From positions 107,081,741 through 107,145,740 of the forward strand of contig CM041465.1 in the NCBI GenBank assembly GCA_023213395.1: a stretch of DNA of 64,000 nt, given 5' to 3'. This stretch comes from Cycas panzhihuaensis. Taxonomy: Eukaryota; Plantae; Cycadophyta. Below, piece by piece: positions 40,176 to 52,689 of the stretch. The notes under the pieces were generated by a model, which saw nothing but the letters and a program-made list of their open reading frames with translations, had not been told where the DNA came from and made no database searches. The stretch's first letter is position 1; every line of letters begins with the position of its first letter. A program made the position numbers and the translations under genes.

Positions 40176-40669
40176 GATGTATAATTCTCTCTTTATATAT
40201 ATACATTCAAATTTTTAATTTATGGCTTTGGTATTTGTCAATTTTTTACACGAACATCATAATGTAACAATGATAGTTCAATTGATTTTTATTATAATTA
40301 TTTTTTGTGTCATTGTAAATGTGTATATTATTTACTGATTAATGATTAATTTTAGATTTTTAATGTCTATTATTGTATTATTTTTTTAATTTTTATTTAC
40401 AAAATTGTTAAATGTATCATTGTATACATGTTCAATGATTATTTTCAACATTTATGAATTTAAAAAAATTATAATTTAAAAAAGTTGTAGAATCAAAACT
40501 TTTAACATTGTTTTGGGAGGGAGGAAGTGGGCTCTTCAAATCCACGAGCCTAACAACCTTGTTTTCCACTTTATTTGTCACAAGGTTTGAATGTTGTTTT
40601 GGAGATTATATGTGAGAGTATGGGTAGGCTATTATCTATGTAAGACTAGGGCTAAGCCCTTGTTTTTGG

Positions 40670-42095
40670 GAGGAATGGTTGAAGGTGTTATTGACCCTTA
40701 CATGAATAATGTAAAGAAAAAGTGCTTACTAGGTATTAAAGAATTTATTGGTGGGTTCTATTGAATGAATGGTATTCATTGTCCTATGAGACCAATTGTC
40801 AATACTTTCAATAGAGATTATGTAAACACTCTCTTCTATCACCTGGTGTGCACAATGGTCACTTGGAGATCACGTGAAGGTTATGGGCGAGCTTTTTAAG
40901 GGTTTAGAGTTTGAGGATGATTGAACCTATAGATTGACTATTTTGAATAAGTTGATGCAAAGCTTATTTTTTTTAATATGGTAACTACAATTTATGTATT
41001 CATTTAAATGAGAGACATACATTATGTTTGTTATATTTAGAGGGATATGGGTGCATCTTAGATAAGTAACATGATACAACACGGTCTTATCAAATGATTC
41101 AGGTGGCCCTACGACATAGAGGTGGTTGTATCCTGACTGAATGCTAAATTGGAAAGCCAATTTTGGAGGGTTGGAAGGGAATGATTTATAAATAAGGCTT
41201 GGTAATGTAAATGAGAGGGATTTTCACATGAGAAATCATGGGGTTGAGGATGGATTAATCTATTGGCTACTTTTTTGAAGATGTTCTTGATCCTTATGTA
41301 AATGATGTAAAGTGAAAGTGTTCATTGGGTTTCAAAGAACATATTGGTGGGTTTATTGGATGAATGATTTTTGTTCCTCCACAAGAACAATTTGTGATAG
41401 GTTTAATAGAGAGATTACATGAAGACTCTGTTTTGTCATCAGGTGTGCCCAATGAGCACTTTAGAGATCATGATAAGACAATGTGGTCTTTCTTTGGGCT
41501 TAGAGGTTGAGGATGATTAAAACTTTAGATTGTTGTTTGGAAGAAGATGATGCAAAGATTGATCTTTATTAATATGGGTGTAGTAATTTACATTTTTGTT
41601 TAAATGAGACAAACATATTATGTTGATATCTTCGTTTAGATGTAGATGGGTGCCATCTCAAGTAAGTGACATGATAAGACACATGGTTACTAATGGATTT
41701 AGTTGGTCTTAAGACATAGAAGCAGTCCTTGTTAAATTGGAAAGTTAGTTTTGTAGATTGCAAGCAAATTAGTTTTAAATAGATCTTGGTGTTATAAATA
41801 AGAGGGGTGTTCCCTTGGTCGATCTTAGAGATTAATAGTTTAATATATTAGAAGTTCTTTTGAAAATGTTGTAGACATTTGTTTAAACAATGCAAAGAAA
41901 AAGGTTTCAAAGAGTATATTGGTTGGTTTATTTAATGAATAATTTTTGTTACCCTACAAGACTAATTGGCAATACCTAATGTATCTAGGATAACTTCATG
42001 AGGAAATTGGCTCGACCTTGTCTAGAATGATGTTTTAAACTATTTTCTATCATTAGGTGTGCACAATGTTCCCTTATAGCCTACATGAAGACTGG
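40670..42095. repeat. Diverged ~600-bp tandem repeat, about 2.5 copies
   Basis: GGTGTGC(A/C)CAATG anchors at 40845, 41442 and 42056 with colinear flanks. Confidence 0.75.
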
Positions 42096-42260
42096 TGTCC
42101 TAGCATTTATTAAGACTAGTTTTCCACAATTTTAAAGACTTCATTCTATCCAAATGAAGTGACAGAAAGACAAGAAGTAGGAATATGGGACACATAGATG
42201 AATGTATATATGCTTTACATGTACTCATACTCAAATTTCTTGGTTAGGAGTAATGTTGAA

Positions 42261-42935
42261 TGTTGGGTTAATATTAAGGTGTCCCCCATCTCTCTCATGT
42301 AATTAAATTAGTGTCATTAAGGTGTGTGCATGTATCATCTTAGTGGTGGGCATAATGATTTTCACATATGATTGGACAATTGTGAGGTGACTATGTACTA
42401 AAAGTATGTAATAATTGGACATGTTCATTTCCCACAAGCTTTATTGTCTTATATGTTTGTATATATTTCATTCTTTGATTCATTTATAGTTTATATCTTT
42501 ATTCACTTCATGTTGTTAGATATTATTTTATGATAAACATATCTTTATCTAACATGGTATTAGAGTAGGATACTGTGATCTTACAGAGTAGAACATATCA
42601 GAGCGGGTTAGGGTTTAAACATTAAATCAATGATTCAAAGAAAGAAGAAGATAAGCCAAAGACAAATTATGCTGAGAACATGTGATCCTGTGGAATAAAT
42701 CAAAAACACGAAGATGGTCATTGCAAAAAGTTATTATGCTAGCATTCTAATTTGGATCCAAAATTTCCCTAATTAACGATAACTATTGTAGGGTGTATTC
42801 ATATCTAGATGATTCATGCATAAAGCTCAAATTAGACCTTAAGTTAGGTGTTCATACTATGGATTTTGCTTTTAAGTTGGAAATGTTGGAGGAGCATGCT
42901 GAGGAGTCAAAGTGACTAATTGGTGAGATTATTAG
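42261..42935 (+). mobile_element. Old Copia-like element, 5' part (LTR ~42261-42554, Met PBS 42555-42566, gag remnant)
   Basis: ...CTAACA followed by TGGTATTAGAGT. A decayed UBN2-type gag (LEEHAEESK*LIGEIISV) continues across the Gypsy-C insertion. The LTR start is uncertain. Confidence 0.65.
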
Positions 42936-43783
42936 TGTGTATGGCCAAAGAGGCAACTTTTATTTTAAGGGAAAAAATTGGTGCAAGTAGGTTTTAAATA
43001 GGTACAATTAGGTACAGGCAGGTATAACCAGGCTGCTGACAGGTGCAACTAGGCTACTAACAGGTATAACTAGGCAACTGATAGGTGCAACCAAGCTGCT
43101 GGCAGGTGCAACTAGGTAGTTGACAGGTGCAACCAGGCTATTAGCATCTATTATTTTGAGGGAAAAAATATGTGCAACTAGGTTTTAAATAGGTACGATT
43201 AAGTATAGGTAGGTGTAACCAGGCTACTGGCAGGTGCAACCAAGGTACTGACATGTGTAACTAGGTAGCTGATAGGTGCAACCAGGCTATTGGAAGGTGT
43301 AACCAGATTGCTGGCATGTGCAACCAGACTGCAGGTAGGTGCAACTAGATTGTTGGCAGTTGTAACTAGATCACAACAGGTGCAACCTGATTTCTGACAA
43401 GTGTAATTCAGGTAGCGTCTAGTGCAACTAGGGCAACAACTGATGCAAATTAGGGCAGTATTAGTTATGTATAAAGTAAAATGATGATAAAGAATGATCG
43501 TTACATCAAGTAGTTGTAAGTGTAGATAGGAAATATAAATAAAGTTATAGCAAGAAGAAGGGGGTGTATTGTATTATATTGTTGTATGCTCCTATGAGTG
43601 CTGTCCAATTATGGCCTTTTACACATTGATTAGCCATACGTTTGGTTGTTATAGGACTAGACATAGTGCCCTTTTGATAATGGAAGTTTAGTTCTTTGTG
43701 CTCCAATATTATGTCTCTTTTCCTTGCTTGTAACTCATGTAGAATGCATTAGAGAGGATTAAGGTATTGATTTAAGGCACACA
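42936..43783 (+). repeat. Gypsy-C 5' LTR, copy 1 (21-bp CAGGTGCAAC array, internal ~190-bp duplication)
   Basis: Matches the 3' LTR; followed by a PBS at 43785. Confidence 0.9.
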
Positions 43784-43856
43784 TTGGTTCAATTACCAGG
43801 TATCCATAATTGAAAAAGAATGAGCAGCTGAGGATGAAGGAGTAAGGGGGAATTGT

Positions 43857-44517
43857 GCAGGCAAGTGTAACCAGGCTACTAAAATGTACAACTAAGCAGC
43901 TGGCAGGTGCAACCAGGATACTGGCAGGTGCAACTAGGTAGCTGATAGGTGCAACCAGGCTACTGGCAGGTGCAACTAGGCAACCGACAGGTGCAATTAA
44001 GTTACTGGAAGGTGCAACTAGACTATTGGAAGGTGCAACCAAATTGCTGGCATATGCAACTAGACTGTAGGCAGGTGCAACTAGATTATTGGCAGGTGTA
44101 ATTAGATCGCAATAGGTGCAACCAAATTTTTGACAAGTGCAATTCAGGCAACGTCTGGTGCAACTAGGGTAGCAACTAATGCAAATTAGGGTAGCATTAG
44201 TTATGTATAAAGTAAAATGATGGTAAAGAATGATGGTTACATCAAGTAGTTATAACTATAGATAGGAAATATAAATAAAGTTATGGCAAGAAGAAGGGAT
44301 CATTTTGTATTGTATTGTTGTATACTCCTATGAGTGTTGTCCAATTGCAGCCTTTTGCATATTATTTAAGCCTATGTTTGGTTGTTAGAGGACCAGACGT
44401 AGGTCCCTTTTGATAATGGAAGTTTGGTTCTTTGTGCTCAAATATTATCTATTTTCCTTGCTTATAACTCTTGTACAATGCATTCGAAAGGGTTAGGATA
44501 GGGATTTAAGGCACACA
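43857..44517 (+). repeat. Gypsy-C 5' LTR, copy 2 (5'-truncated)
   Basis: Tandem copy with period 734 bp; PBS TGGTTCCATTGCTAGG at 44519. Confidence 0.9.
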
Positions 44518-45101
44518 TTGGTTCCATTGCTAGGCATCCAGAATTGGAAAAGAATGAGTAGTTGAGGATGAAGGAGTAAGGGGGAATTGTATAGGCAGGT
44601 GCAACCGGGCTACTGGTCGGTACAACTAGGTAGCTGACAGGTGCAACTAGGCAACTAACAGGTGAAATCAAGTTGCTGGCAGGTGCAACTAGACTAATAG
44701 AAGGTGCAACTAGATTGCTAGCATGTGCAACCAGACTGTAAGCAAGTGCAATCAGATTGCTAGAAGTTATAATTAAATCACAATAGGTGTAACCAGATTT
44801 CCAACAGGTGCAATTCAGGCACCATCCGGTGTAACTAGGGCAGTAGCTGATGTGAATTAGGGCAGTATTAGTTATGTATAAAGTAAAATGATGATAAAGA
44901 ATGATCATTACATCAAATAGTTGTAACTATAGATAGGAAATATAAATAAAGTTATGGTAAGAAGAAGGGGGCATATTGTATTGTATTGTTGTATACTCCT
45001 ATGAGTGCTATCCAACTACGGCCTTTTGCACATTGTTCAGGGCTACGTTTGGTTGTTAGAGGACTAGACATAGGGCCCTTTTGATAATGGAAGTTTGGTT
45101 C

Positions 45102-45398
45102 TAAAAAGAGTGGATCTATCCTTCATCTCCATGCACTCAACACAAAGGCAAACATGGGAGCAAGAGAGACTTGAGAGAAAGAAAGTAGCTCTCACAAAAT
45201 GGGGAGGTAAGAATGAATCTCCTCCATTGAGCTTTACTTTTATATTGAGAGAGGGAGCATTTGAGTTAGGTGAAATGAAATTACACATAATGCATATGAA
45301 AGTGCATTTCACTTAAGTGATCTAATTTAAAGTTCACTTAAGACCCTTTTTCGAAATAATCAACTAATGTAATGACCTTATGTCATTAACCCTTTTCA
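45102..45398 (-). repeat. Copia 3' LTR
   Basis: Direct repeat of 52393-52689. Confidence 0.97.
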
Positions 45399-45831
45399 AT
45401 CTCCCCCTTAATGGTAGAAGGTCATTTCATTCTATTTTATTCTATCCTATGAGGTCTTCATTTGAGCCTCTTACAAAGCAAACTAGTATGATACTTTTGT
45501 GGGAAACCCTCATGGGGAAGAAAACCCACGAATTTTCTAATCTACTAACCTGGCTCAAGCAGCTCTTTAAATGTAGCCAGATAGCCAATCAGTACAATAA
45601 ATTTTGTAGCTGAAATCTACTGAGTCTCCATATACCATTTGGTCATCCCCCATGCCCTTTCAGGTTTTCACAGGTTTCGATTTTCTAAAATGATACAACC
45701 CTTATCCTTTCGCGCCCACATGGGGTTTTCACGAATGGGATAGAGCAGAGACTTACTCTTGTCCTTCCGTGCCCACAAGGGGTTTTCACGAATGAGACAG
45801 AGTATGATGGTCCTATTATCATCTCCTTCAA

Positions 45832-48800
45832 TCAGTCAAAGATGGAGGCCCTAAGGTTGAGTTGCTTTCGGAACTGTTCAAACTTCACCCTCTTCAGTGG
45901 TTTGGTGAAGATATCGGCCACTTGATCTGCTGTGGGGAAGTACTCCAATTGAATTGTGCCATTATGAACTAGTTCTCTAATCCTGTGGAATTTTGTACTT
46001 ATATGTTTGGTACGATCATGAAATACAGGATTTTTAGCCATCTGGATTGTAGATTGATTATCTACATGTAAGCTAGTAGAACTTGTTTGGGTGGCATTTA
46101 ATGTATTCAATAATTTTCTGAGCCATATCACCTCCTTGCTTGTCTCGTATGAATGTACTCAAAGTAGCTTGAGTCTGCAACTATCTTACGTCGTGCGGAT
46201 CTCCATGATATTGGTCTTTGTTCCAAGAAATGTTACGTGCACGTAGATCTTCCCGTGTCTTTATCTCCCAAGAAAGTCCGAGTCTATGTATGCATAAAGT
46301 TTAAATTCTACATTGGGTTCATACAATGCACCATATTTGCTAGTCGCCTTTAGGTACCTCAACACTCATATTGCGACTTGCCAATGATTACGCTTAGGAT
46401 TTGTCATGAATCTTGCAAGAATGCCGACAAAGTGTGCAATATCCGCCTTGTGTTGGTAGTATAGATGAGACTACCTACAAGTTGCCTCAGAGTATTGGCC
46501 CCGCCTCTATTGTCACCATCAACTGAGAGCTTAATATTAGGCTCCATAGGTGTATCCACTGGTCGAGCACCTTCCAACTGAAACTTTGTCAGAAGATCGT
46601 TGATATATTTTTCTTGGGAGAGAAAGATTTTGCCATCCTTTTGAGTTACTTCAATTCCCAAGTAATATTTCATCAACTCGAGGTCAGACAATTCAAAAGT
46701 TTTAGCAAGGTCCTTCTTTAGCTGGCTAATTACCTGTTCACTATTCCCTGTTATAAGCATGTCGTCCATAAAGATTAAGAGGTAAGTGACTTTATCATTT
46801 TGGCGCTTGATGAATAATGTTGCATCAATATCTTGATAGTCACAAACCTCATATCCAAGTTGCCTCATTCTTTCAGACAACTTGGTAAACCAAGCACGAG
46901 GGGCTTGCTTTAGGTCAGATAAGGACTTTTTGAGCATACAAACTTTATGCTCATGACCGTCAATCTCGTATCCTTCTGGCTGAGCCATGTAAATTTCTTC
47001 TTTAAGGTCCCCATTGAGAAATGCGGTCTTAACATCGAGTTGGTGGATTTTCCAACCCTGTTGAGCAGCCAAGGCTATTAGAGTTCTGATTGTAGGCCAC
47101 TTGGTTGTAGGAGCAAAGATTTCAGTGTAGTCAATGCCTTCCCTTTGCGTAAATCCTTTTGCTACCAACCTCGCCTTGTGTTTTTCTAGGGTGCCATCTG
47201 ATCTATACTTGTTTTTGAACACCCATTTATTTTGAACTACCTTTCTTCCAAGTGGTAGATCAATAAGCTCCCATGTACCGTTCTTAATAAGAGATTGATA
47301 CTCTTCATTCATGGCATTTCTCCAAGCTGTATGCTTTACAGCTTCTTGGTACGTTAGGGGCTCTTCATTAAGAGCAAGATGCAGTTCTACTGGTTCAAGC
47401 TCAACGGAAAGTGATTCATGCATCCTTGCTCTATGGGCACTTCTAGTGCCAGTTTTGCCTACCTCATCTGGTCGCATGTCCTTGTGTAGCTGGTAGGCTT
47501 CACGAAAACCTCAAGTTGGGAATGAGGTTTTCATTTCCACAACCTCTTGATCTTCGTTTTGATCCTGAAAAGGATCATGTGAAATATTTGGCATGGAGGA
47601 AGTTGATGATGTTGGAGAAGATGGGCCAGCCACAAATGTTGGAGAAGATGATCCTTCTACTATGGCTTTGCCTTTGTCAACTTGGCTGTTCATAAATGAT
47701 GGTGCTGGATGTGTACACATTGGATTGGAGTCACAACTTGTATCCTCCGAGGCTCTATTGTTATATTCCAAGATTTTAAGCATCTGTTCAGCATCTCCCC
47801 CCCTAAATTTTGGAATCTGGACATCAAATTCAGTAGCATCATTAAATCGGTATGAAGGTGTCTTGGAGTCAAGTCTGAGTAATTGATCTTCAGTCTCTGC
47901 AAAGATAACATCTCTAGAGATGATGATTTTGCACTCTGAAGGTATAAAAACCTTGTGTCCCTTTTTGTCCATAGGGTATCCGACAAAGATGCCTTTGATG
48001 GCTCTATCTTGGAGCTTATTTCTATGTTCCTGCAAAACATGAGCATAACAAGTAGAGCCAAAAATTCTAAAGTGGGAGATATAGGGGGTTTGTCCATACC
48101 ACATTTCATGTGGAGAGGGGCCGAGCTTGGAGGGACTAACAATGTTGATGCAATACACAGCAGCCCGTATAGCCTCACAAAGATAGATATGGACATTCTT
48201 ATATACCAGCATAGCACGAGCCATATTCATGATGGTCCTATTCATACGCTCGGTAACTCCATTTTGCTGGGGTGTACCTACAACAAAGGGTCCGATGTTT
48301 GATTCCACGTTGATGTAGGTACGATTCAAACTCATTGGATGTGTACTCGCCACCATTGTCAGTCCTGAGTATTTTGATCTTGAATCCAGATTCATTTTCC
48401 ACATGGGCCTTGTAAGCTTGAAACATAGACGAAGCTTCATCTTTCTGTGCAAGAAGAGCAACCCATCCTTCCTTGGCAAAATCATCAAGGAAAGTAATAT
48501 AGTACCACTTCTGTTTGATAGAAGGGATGGGCATAGGACCGCATATATCTGAGTGTACAAGCTGCAAAGGTTGGGTAGATTTCCACTGACTACGAGGAAA
48601 GGGTTGTCTTTGAGATTTAGCAATAATACATGCTTCACATTTAAAGGGCTTGGAGGGGAACTTAGGCAAACCAAGAAGAGTGTCTTGTAGTTCTCTTAAA
48701 CGATCAATTTTGATATGGCCCATACGAGCATGCCATAGAGATGCTTGGGACAACTTTTGAGGAGTCAGGGTTGTGGTAAAAATAAATTTATCATCAACAT

Positions 48801-50334
48801 AGTTGGCTTCAGAGGATGATGAGCCAGTTAGGTGAAAAAGTTTGCCATCAAGAATTCTGGTCATAACCACAAAGATTTGAAGGAGGGTGAATGACACGTA
48901 GAGTTTGATTGTTTGCGCTACACTCGGATCAAATCCACGAGAGACAAGGGTGGACAGGGAGAGCGATTCTACTTGAGCGTGAATATATAAAACATCAACA
49001 AGTGTAAAACTGGAAGGCACAGGAGTTTCGTGCAAACTGTTCCAAGTCCTTCGACTGGCTGAGATGATTTGTCAGCCATGTGTACAACACCACGAACTTC
49101 AGAGTCAAAATCTTGAAAGAAATGGTGATGACAAGTCATGTGTTGTGTTGCTCCAGTATCCATGATCCACGATGAAGTATTTGAGGTAGCACTATTTGCA
49201 ACTCCAAGTGGTGAAGGCAAAAGTGAATAAGCATAGCCACAATGAGCCTCAATATACTTAGTGGATCTATCAACAACATTTGATGAAGTGGTCCCAATTC
49301 TTTGAAGGTGTGCATGAGCAAATTACGTTCCACCAAAAGCATCTTCAAAAGAAGTATTATCAACATTATGTGCACCATGGCGCTGTTGATAACTTGGTAG
49401 TTTGTTGGTGGCAGTTCTGCAATTTTTGGCATAATGCCCTCTTCTATTACACCTTTGGCACACGATTGTTTGATTTCCAGTCCAAGTATTAGGCTGGTTG
49501 GATTGTCTATGATTACTGGATCTAGGTCCAGGTTGATTATTTTGGCCTTGGCCTTGAGACTGTTTTTGTTGGAATTGAGGAGCCTGTTGACTAAGAGGAT
49601 GTTGTCCTTGTTGTCTACCTCTTCCTCTTCCACGGGAATTACCACCTCTACGAGAGTATTGACCTTGATTTTTGGTGTAACAAAGATCTTCTTCCACTTC
49701 AAAAGCAAAGATCAATTGGATCTGATGTAGTGGCAAAGTTGGTATCAAATGTCTTATCAAATTCAATGAACTTATCAGCAAGATCCTCAAAGTTTAGGGT
49801 CTTCAAAGTTCCACTAGATTGAAGAGTCCCTAATAGATTTTTATAATCTGGGATATGGAGACATGACTGAATCAAGAAAGCCCATGTAATGCATTGAGTT
49901 TTAAAATCTTTATCAATGGCTTGCTTGATTGGATGAAGGAGATTGATTGTCTCACTTGCATGTCCTTTCTGCATTTTCAATTTGTTCATCTTCAGCACTA
50001 AGTGAACAAATTCTAAGTCTGATTTAGTGTCAAAGTTCTTCTTAAGAACTTCAAGAACTTTCCATGATGTATCATGTATAGCTTCATCAATGAGATTATG
50101 CAGGAATAATCGGTGACAAGCGATATCCCCGCGGATTTTGTCATCATCAAGTTCCCATTGGCGTTTAGCTACAACTTGATGGGAGCGGTTGAGCACCTCC
50201 TCAAGGCTAGAAATTGTAGTCAGCAATGTGGTGGTGTTGTAAGTGATCTCTCCATAGACCTTCATACTTTGCAAAGATTTCGACACGATGAACCACATGT
50301 CCCAATTTTCTTTCCCTTTTAGAATGCAGTTCAC
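45832..50334 (-). pseudogene. pol: Copia gag-pol polyprotein, frameshifted
   Basis: CQRCNRRGHYAKNC, WIMDTGATQHM, LWHARMGH, LVHSDICGP, DNGGEY, ARLVAKGFTQ, HQLDVKTAFLNG, FMDD and DQVADIFTKPL across at least 7 ORF pieces. Confidence 0.97.
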
Positions 50335-52392
50335 ATTTTGCTTGAACTATGAAGACATTGTGTCTTTTTAGAAGGGAAGAAATGAACAAGGGACTATAAA
50401 AGTGATGGCAATAAATGACCGATCACTATTTACAAATGGGAAATGTAATGAAGTAGTGTAGAAGAAGGAAGAAGAAGTGAGAATGGTTGCTCAAAGATGA
50501 AGGAAGCAACTTAGAGAAAAGTCACCAACACTTGTGACAAATATTAACTTTGACGCAGCAGAATATGAGAAGCACTATGATAAAAATTGGCCACTAACAC
50601 TTGTGGCAAATATTAACCTCGATGCAAAGCAGGAATATGAGAAGCACTATGATTGTGATTACACTATGGATCACTTTTTACAAATAAGTAAGTGATCAAT
50701 ATACAAGATTATAGGTCAATGTAGAAGTTGACATCATTGGCTTTACACAACTTGAAACTCGAATGTAGGATGCGTAATCAACCCAATAACCTCTAACTTG
50801 TGTCCAACGTGTAGTTGAGGTTGTTGAAGGGATGCCTAGGCTTCTAGTAGAATTAATTTGGCCTTCACCCGCAATCGTGCTTGGTGATGAAATCCAAGTC
50901 ACAACGGAGCCCAGGTACTCCCAATCCTCACCCAGTTCACCAATGAGCAGCTATATACCTCCTCTAAAGAGTGGTACGTGCATACCCATAGCTATGACGG
51001 ATATTGGATTGGGTATATTTTAATCTTGTATTAAAGTTTCAGTTTTCCTGGTTGGTTATCGATGATCCACGATTGAGGCACGATGGTATGGCTAACCAAA
51101 CCTCACCAATATTAGGTTTAGTCGGTCCCAACTTGAAACCCACACCTCCTTTATGGCACTAAGATTCTGCCAACCAAGGTATCTCAACCTTGGCGAGTGT
51201 ATGAACAGGTACAAGATGGCGGAAAATAGCGTATGTGATGCGTTCCTTTTAGGAAGAGTGAAAAGATTATCGAATTGCATCAAACGTACATTTAACTAAA
51301 AATAATGTTTGCTTGGAGTGCTTTTGGAGTGCTTGCTTGAAGTGTCTTTGGAGTGCTTGCTTTGAGTGATTTTAGAGTGCTGAAATGTAATGCTAATAAG
51401 TGAGTGAGGACACCGGATATTGCTCCGATCCAGGTGTTTTTTTTTTCTCACTTTTACAATGGGCTTTTAAGCCTTATAAAAAGGAAGAAAATTTCTTCAC
51501 TTTTTTTTTTCTTTTTTTTTTGTTAATACAAAAAAAAGCACTCTTTACTAAATCTGCAATAACTTTCTCCCACGATGTCGAAATGGAGTGCCGGTTTTGT
51601 GTTGCAAACTAGACTTAGAGCTTCATCTTCAGGAAGTGGAATCAGGTCCAAATGAGTTCTGGAAAGTGTTTTATAGCCCCGCAAATTTAGGAAATTATAT
51701 TTTTCCAGAATTCTTGCTAAAAATAACTGCTGTTCACTAAAATAGCAATAACTTCCTCATACGACATCGAAATTAGGTGCCGATTTTTGTTCTGGAAAGT
51801 AGACTCAGAGCCCCATCTTTGACAATTAGAATCACTTCAATTGGATCTCTGTAGAAGATTTTGTAGACCTGTGAAGTTCAGTAATCAAATTATATTTCTG
51901 CAGAAATTTTAGCTTGCTAATATCTCATTAACACATGAGACCATATGAAATTTCCATCATTTTTTGATCACCAGGATCCCAATATGGGCAAGGTGAGAGC
52001 ATACAATGATAGATATTTTAAATGGCTCAAAGTTCTTTAAAGAAATGGGTAAAAAACTCCCCTTACAATCATTCTTCTAAATCTTTGGAAAAATTTCTAA
52101 AGATTTCCTCATAAATGGACAAAAAGGAAAAGAAAAGAAGAATGAGATAGCATGAATGGCTAGCAAAGGATTGGAATCCTTGGGCCTTACAACTCCTTGT
52201 ATTATGCTTCCAAACCTGTAAAAGAGAAAGGAAAAATAAACAATACAAAATATGCTATCATAATAACTTGAAAATATTTCTAAATTCACTTTCACAATCT
52301 CCTTCACCACATGGATTGTGGGGGAGAAGGAAGTGATGGCTCCATTGCAAGTACAAGTGGGGAATATAAAGGAAGTTTGCTCTGATACCACA

Positions 52393-52689
52393 TGAAAAGA
52401 GTGGATCTATCCTTCATCTCCATGCACTAAACACAAAGGTAAACATGGGAGCAAGAGAGACTTGAGAGAAAGAAAGTAGCTCTCACAAAATGGGGAGGTA
52501 AGAATGAATCTCCTCCATTGAGCTTTACTTTTATATTGAGAGAGGGAGCATTTGAGTTAGGTGAAATAAAATTACACATAATGCACATGAAAGTGCATTT
52601 CACTTAAGTGATCTAATTTAAAGTTCACTTAAGACCCTTTTTCGAAATAATTAACTAATGTAATGACCTTATGTCATTAACCCTTTTCA
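52393..52689 (-). repeat. Copia 5' LTR
   Basis: TGAAAAG...CTTTTCA; adjacent to the PBS. Confidence 0.97.

Larger units (their letters stand above)
30620..40561 (+). mobile_element. hAT DNA transposon with two nested LTR elements
   Basis: TIRs CAAAGTTATTGGGTTTGT and reverse complement CAAGGTTGTTAGGCTCGT (13/18, all transitions); 8-bp TSD TTTTCAAT / TTTTCCAC; transposase remnants inside. Confidence 0.85.
45102..52689 (-). mobile_element. Ty1/copia LTR retrotransposon, young
   Basis: 297-bp LTRs with 6 substitutions by manual count; perfect TSD GGTTC; Met PBS 52379-52390; PPT AAGGGGGAGAT 45399-45409; gag-PR-INT-RT-RH order. Confidence 0.98.

Noticed and set aside
43000-44830. CRISPR-like array
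   Set aside because: Contiguous degenerate 21-bp tandem units with no unique spacers or cas genes, inside eukaryotic LTRs.
47311-50322. Plus-strand and alternative-frame ORFs over the Copia
   Set aside because: Shadow ORFs of gag-pol with no independent motifs.
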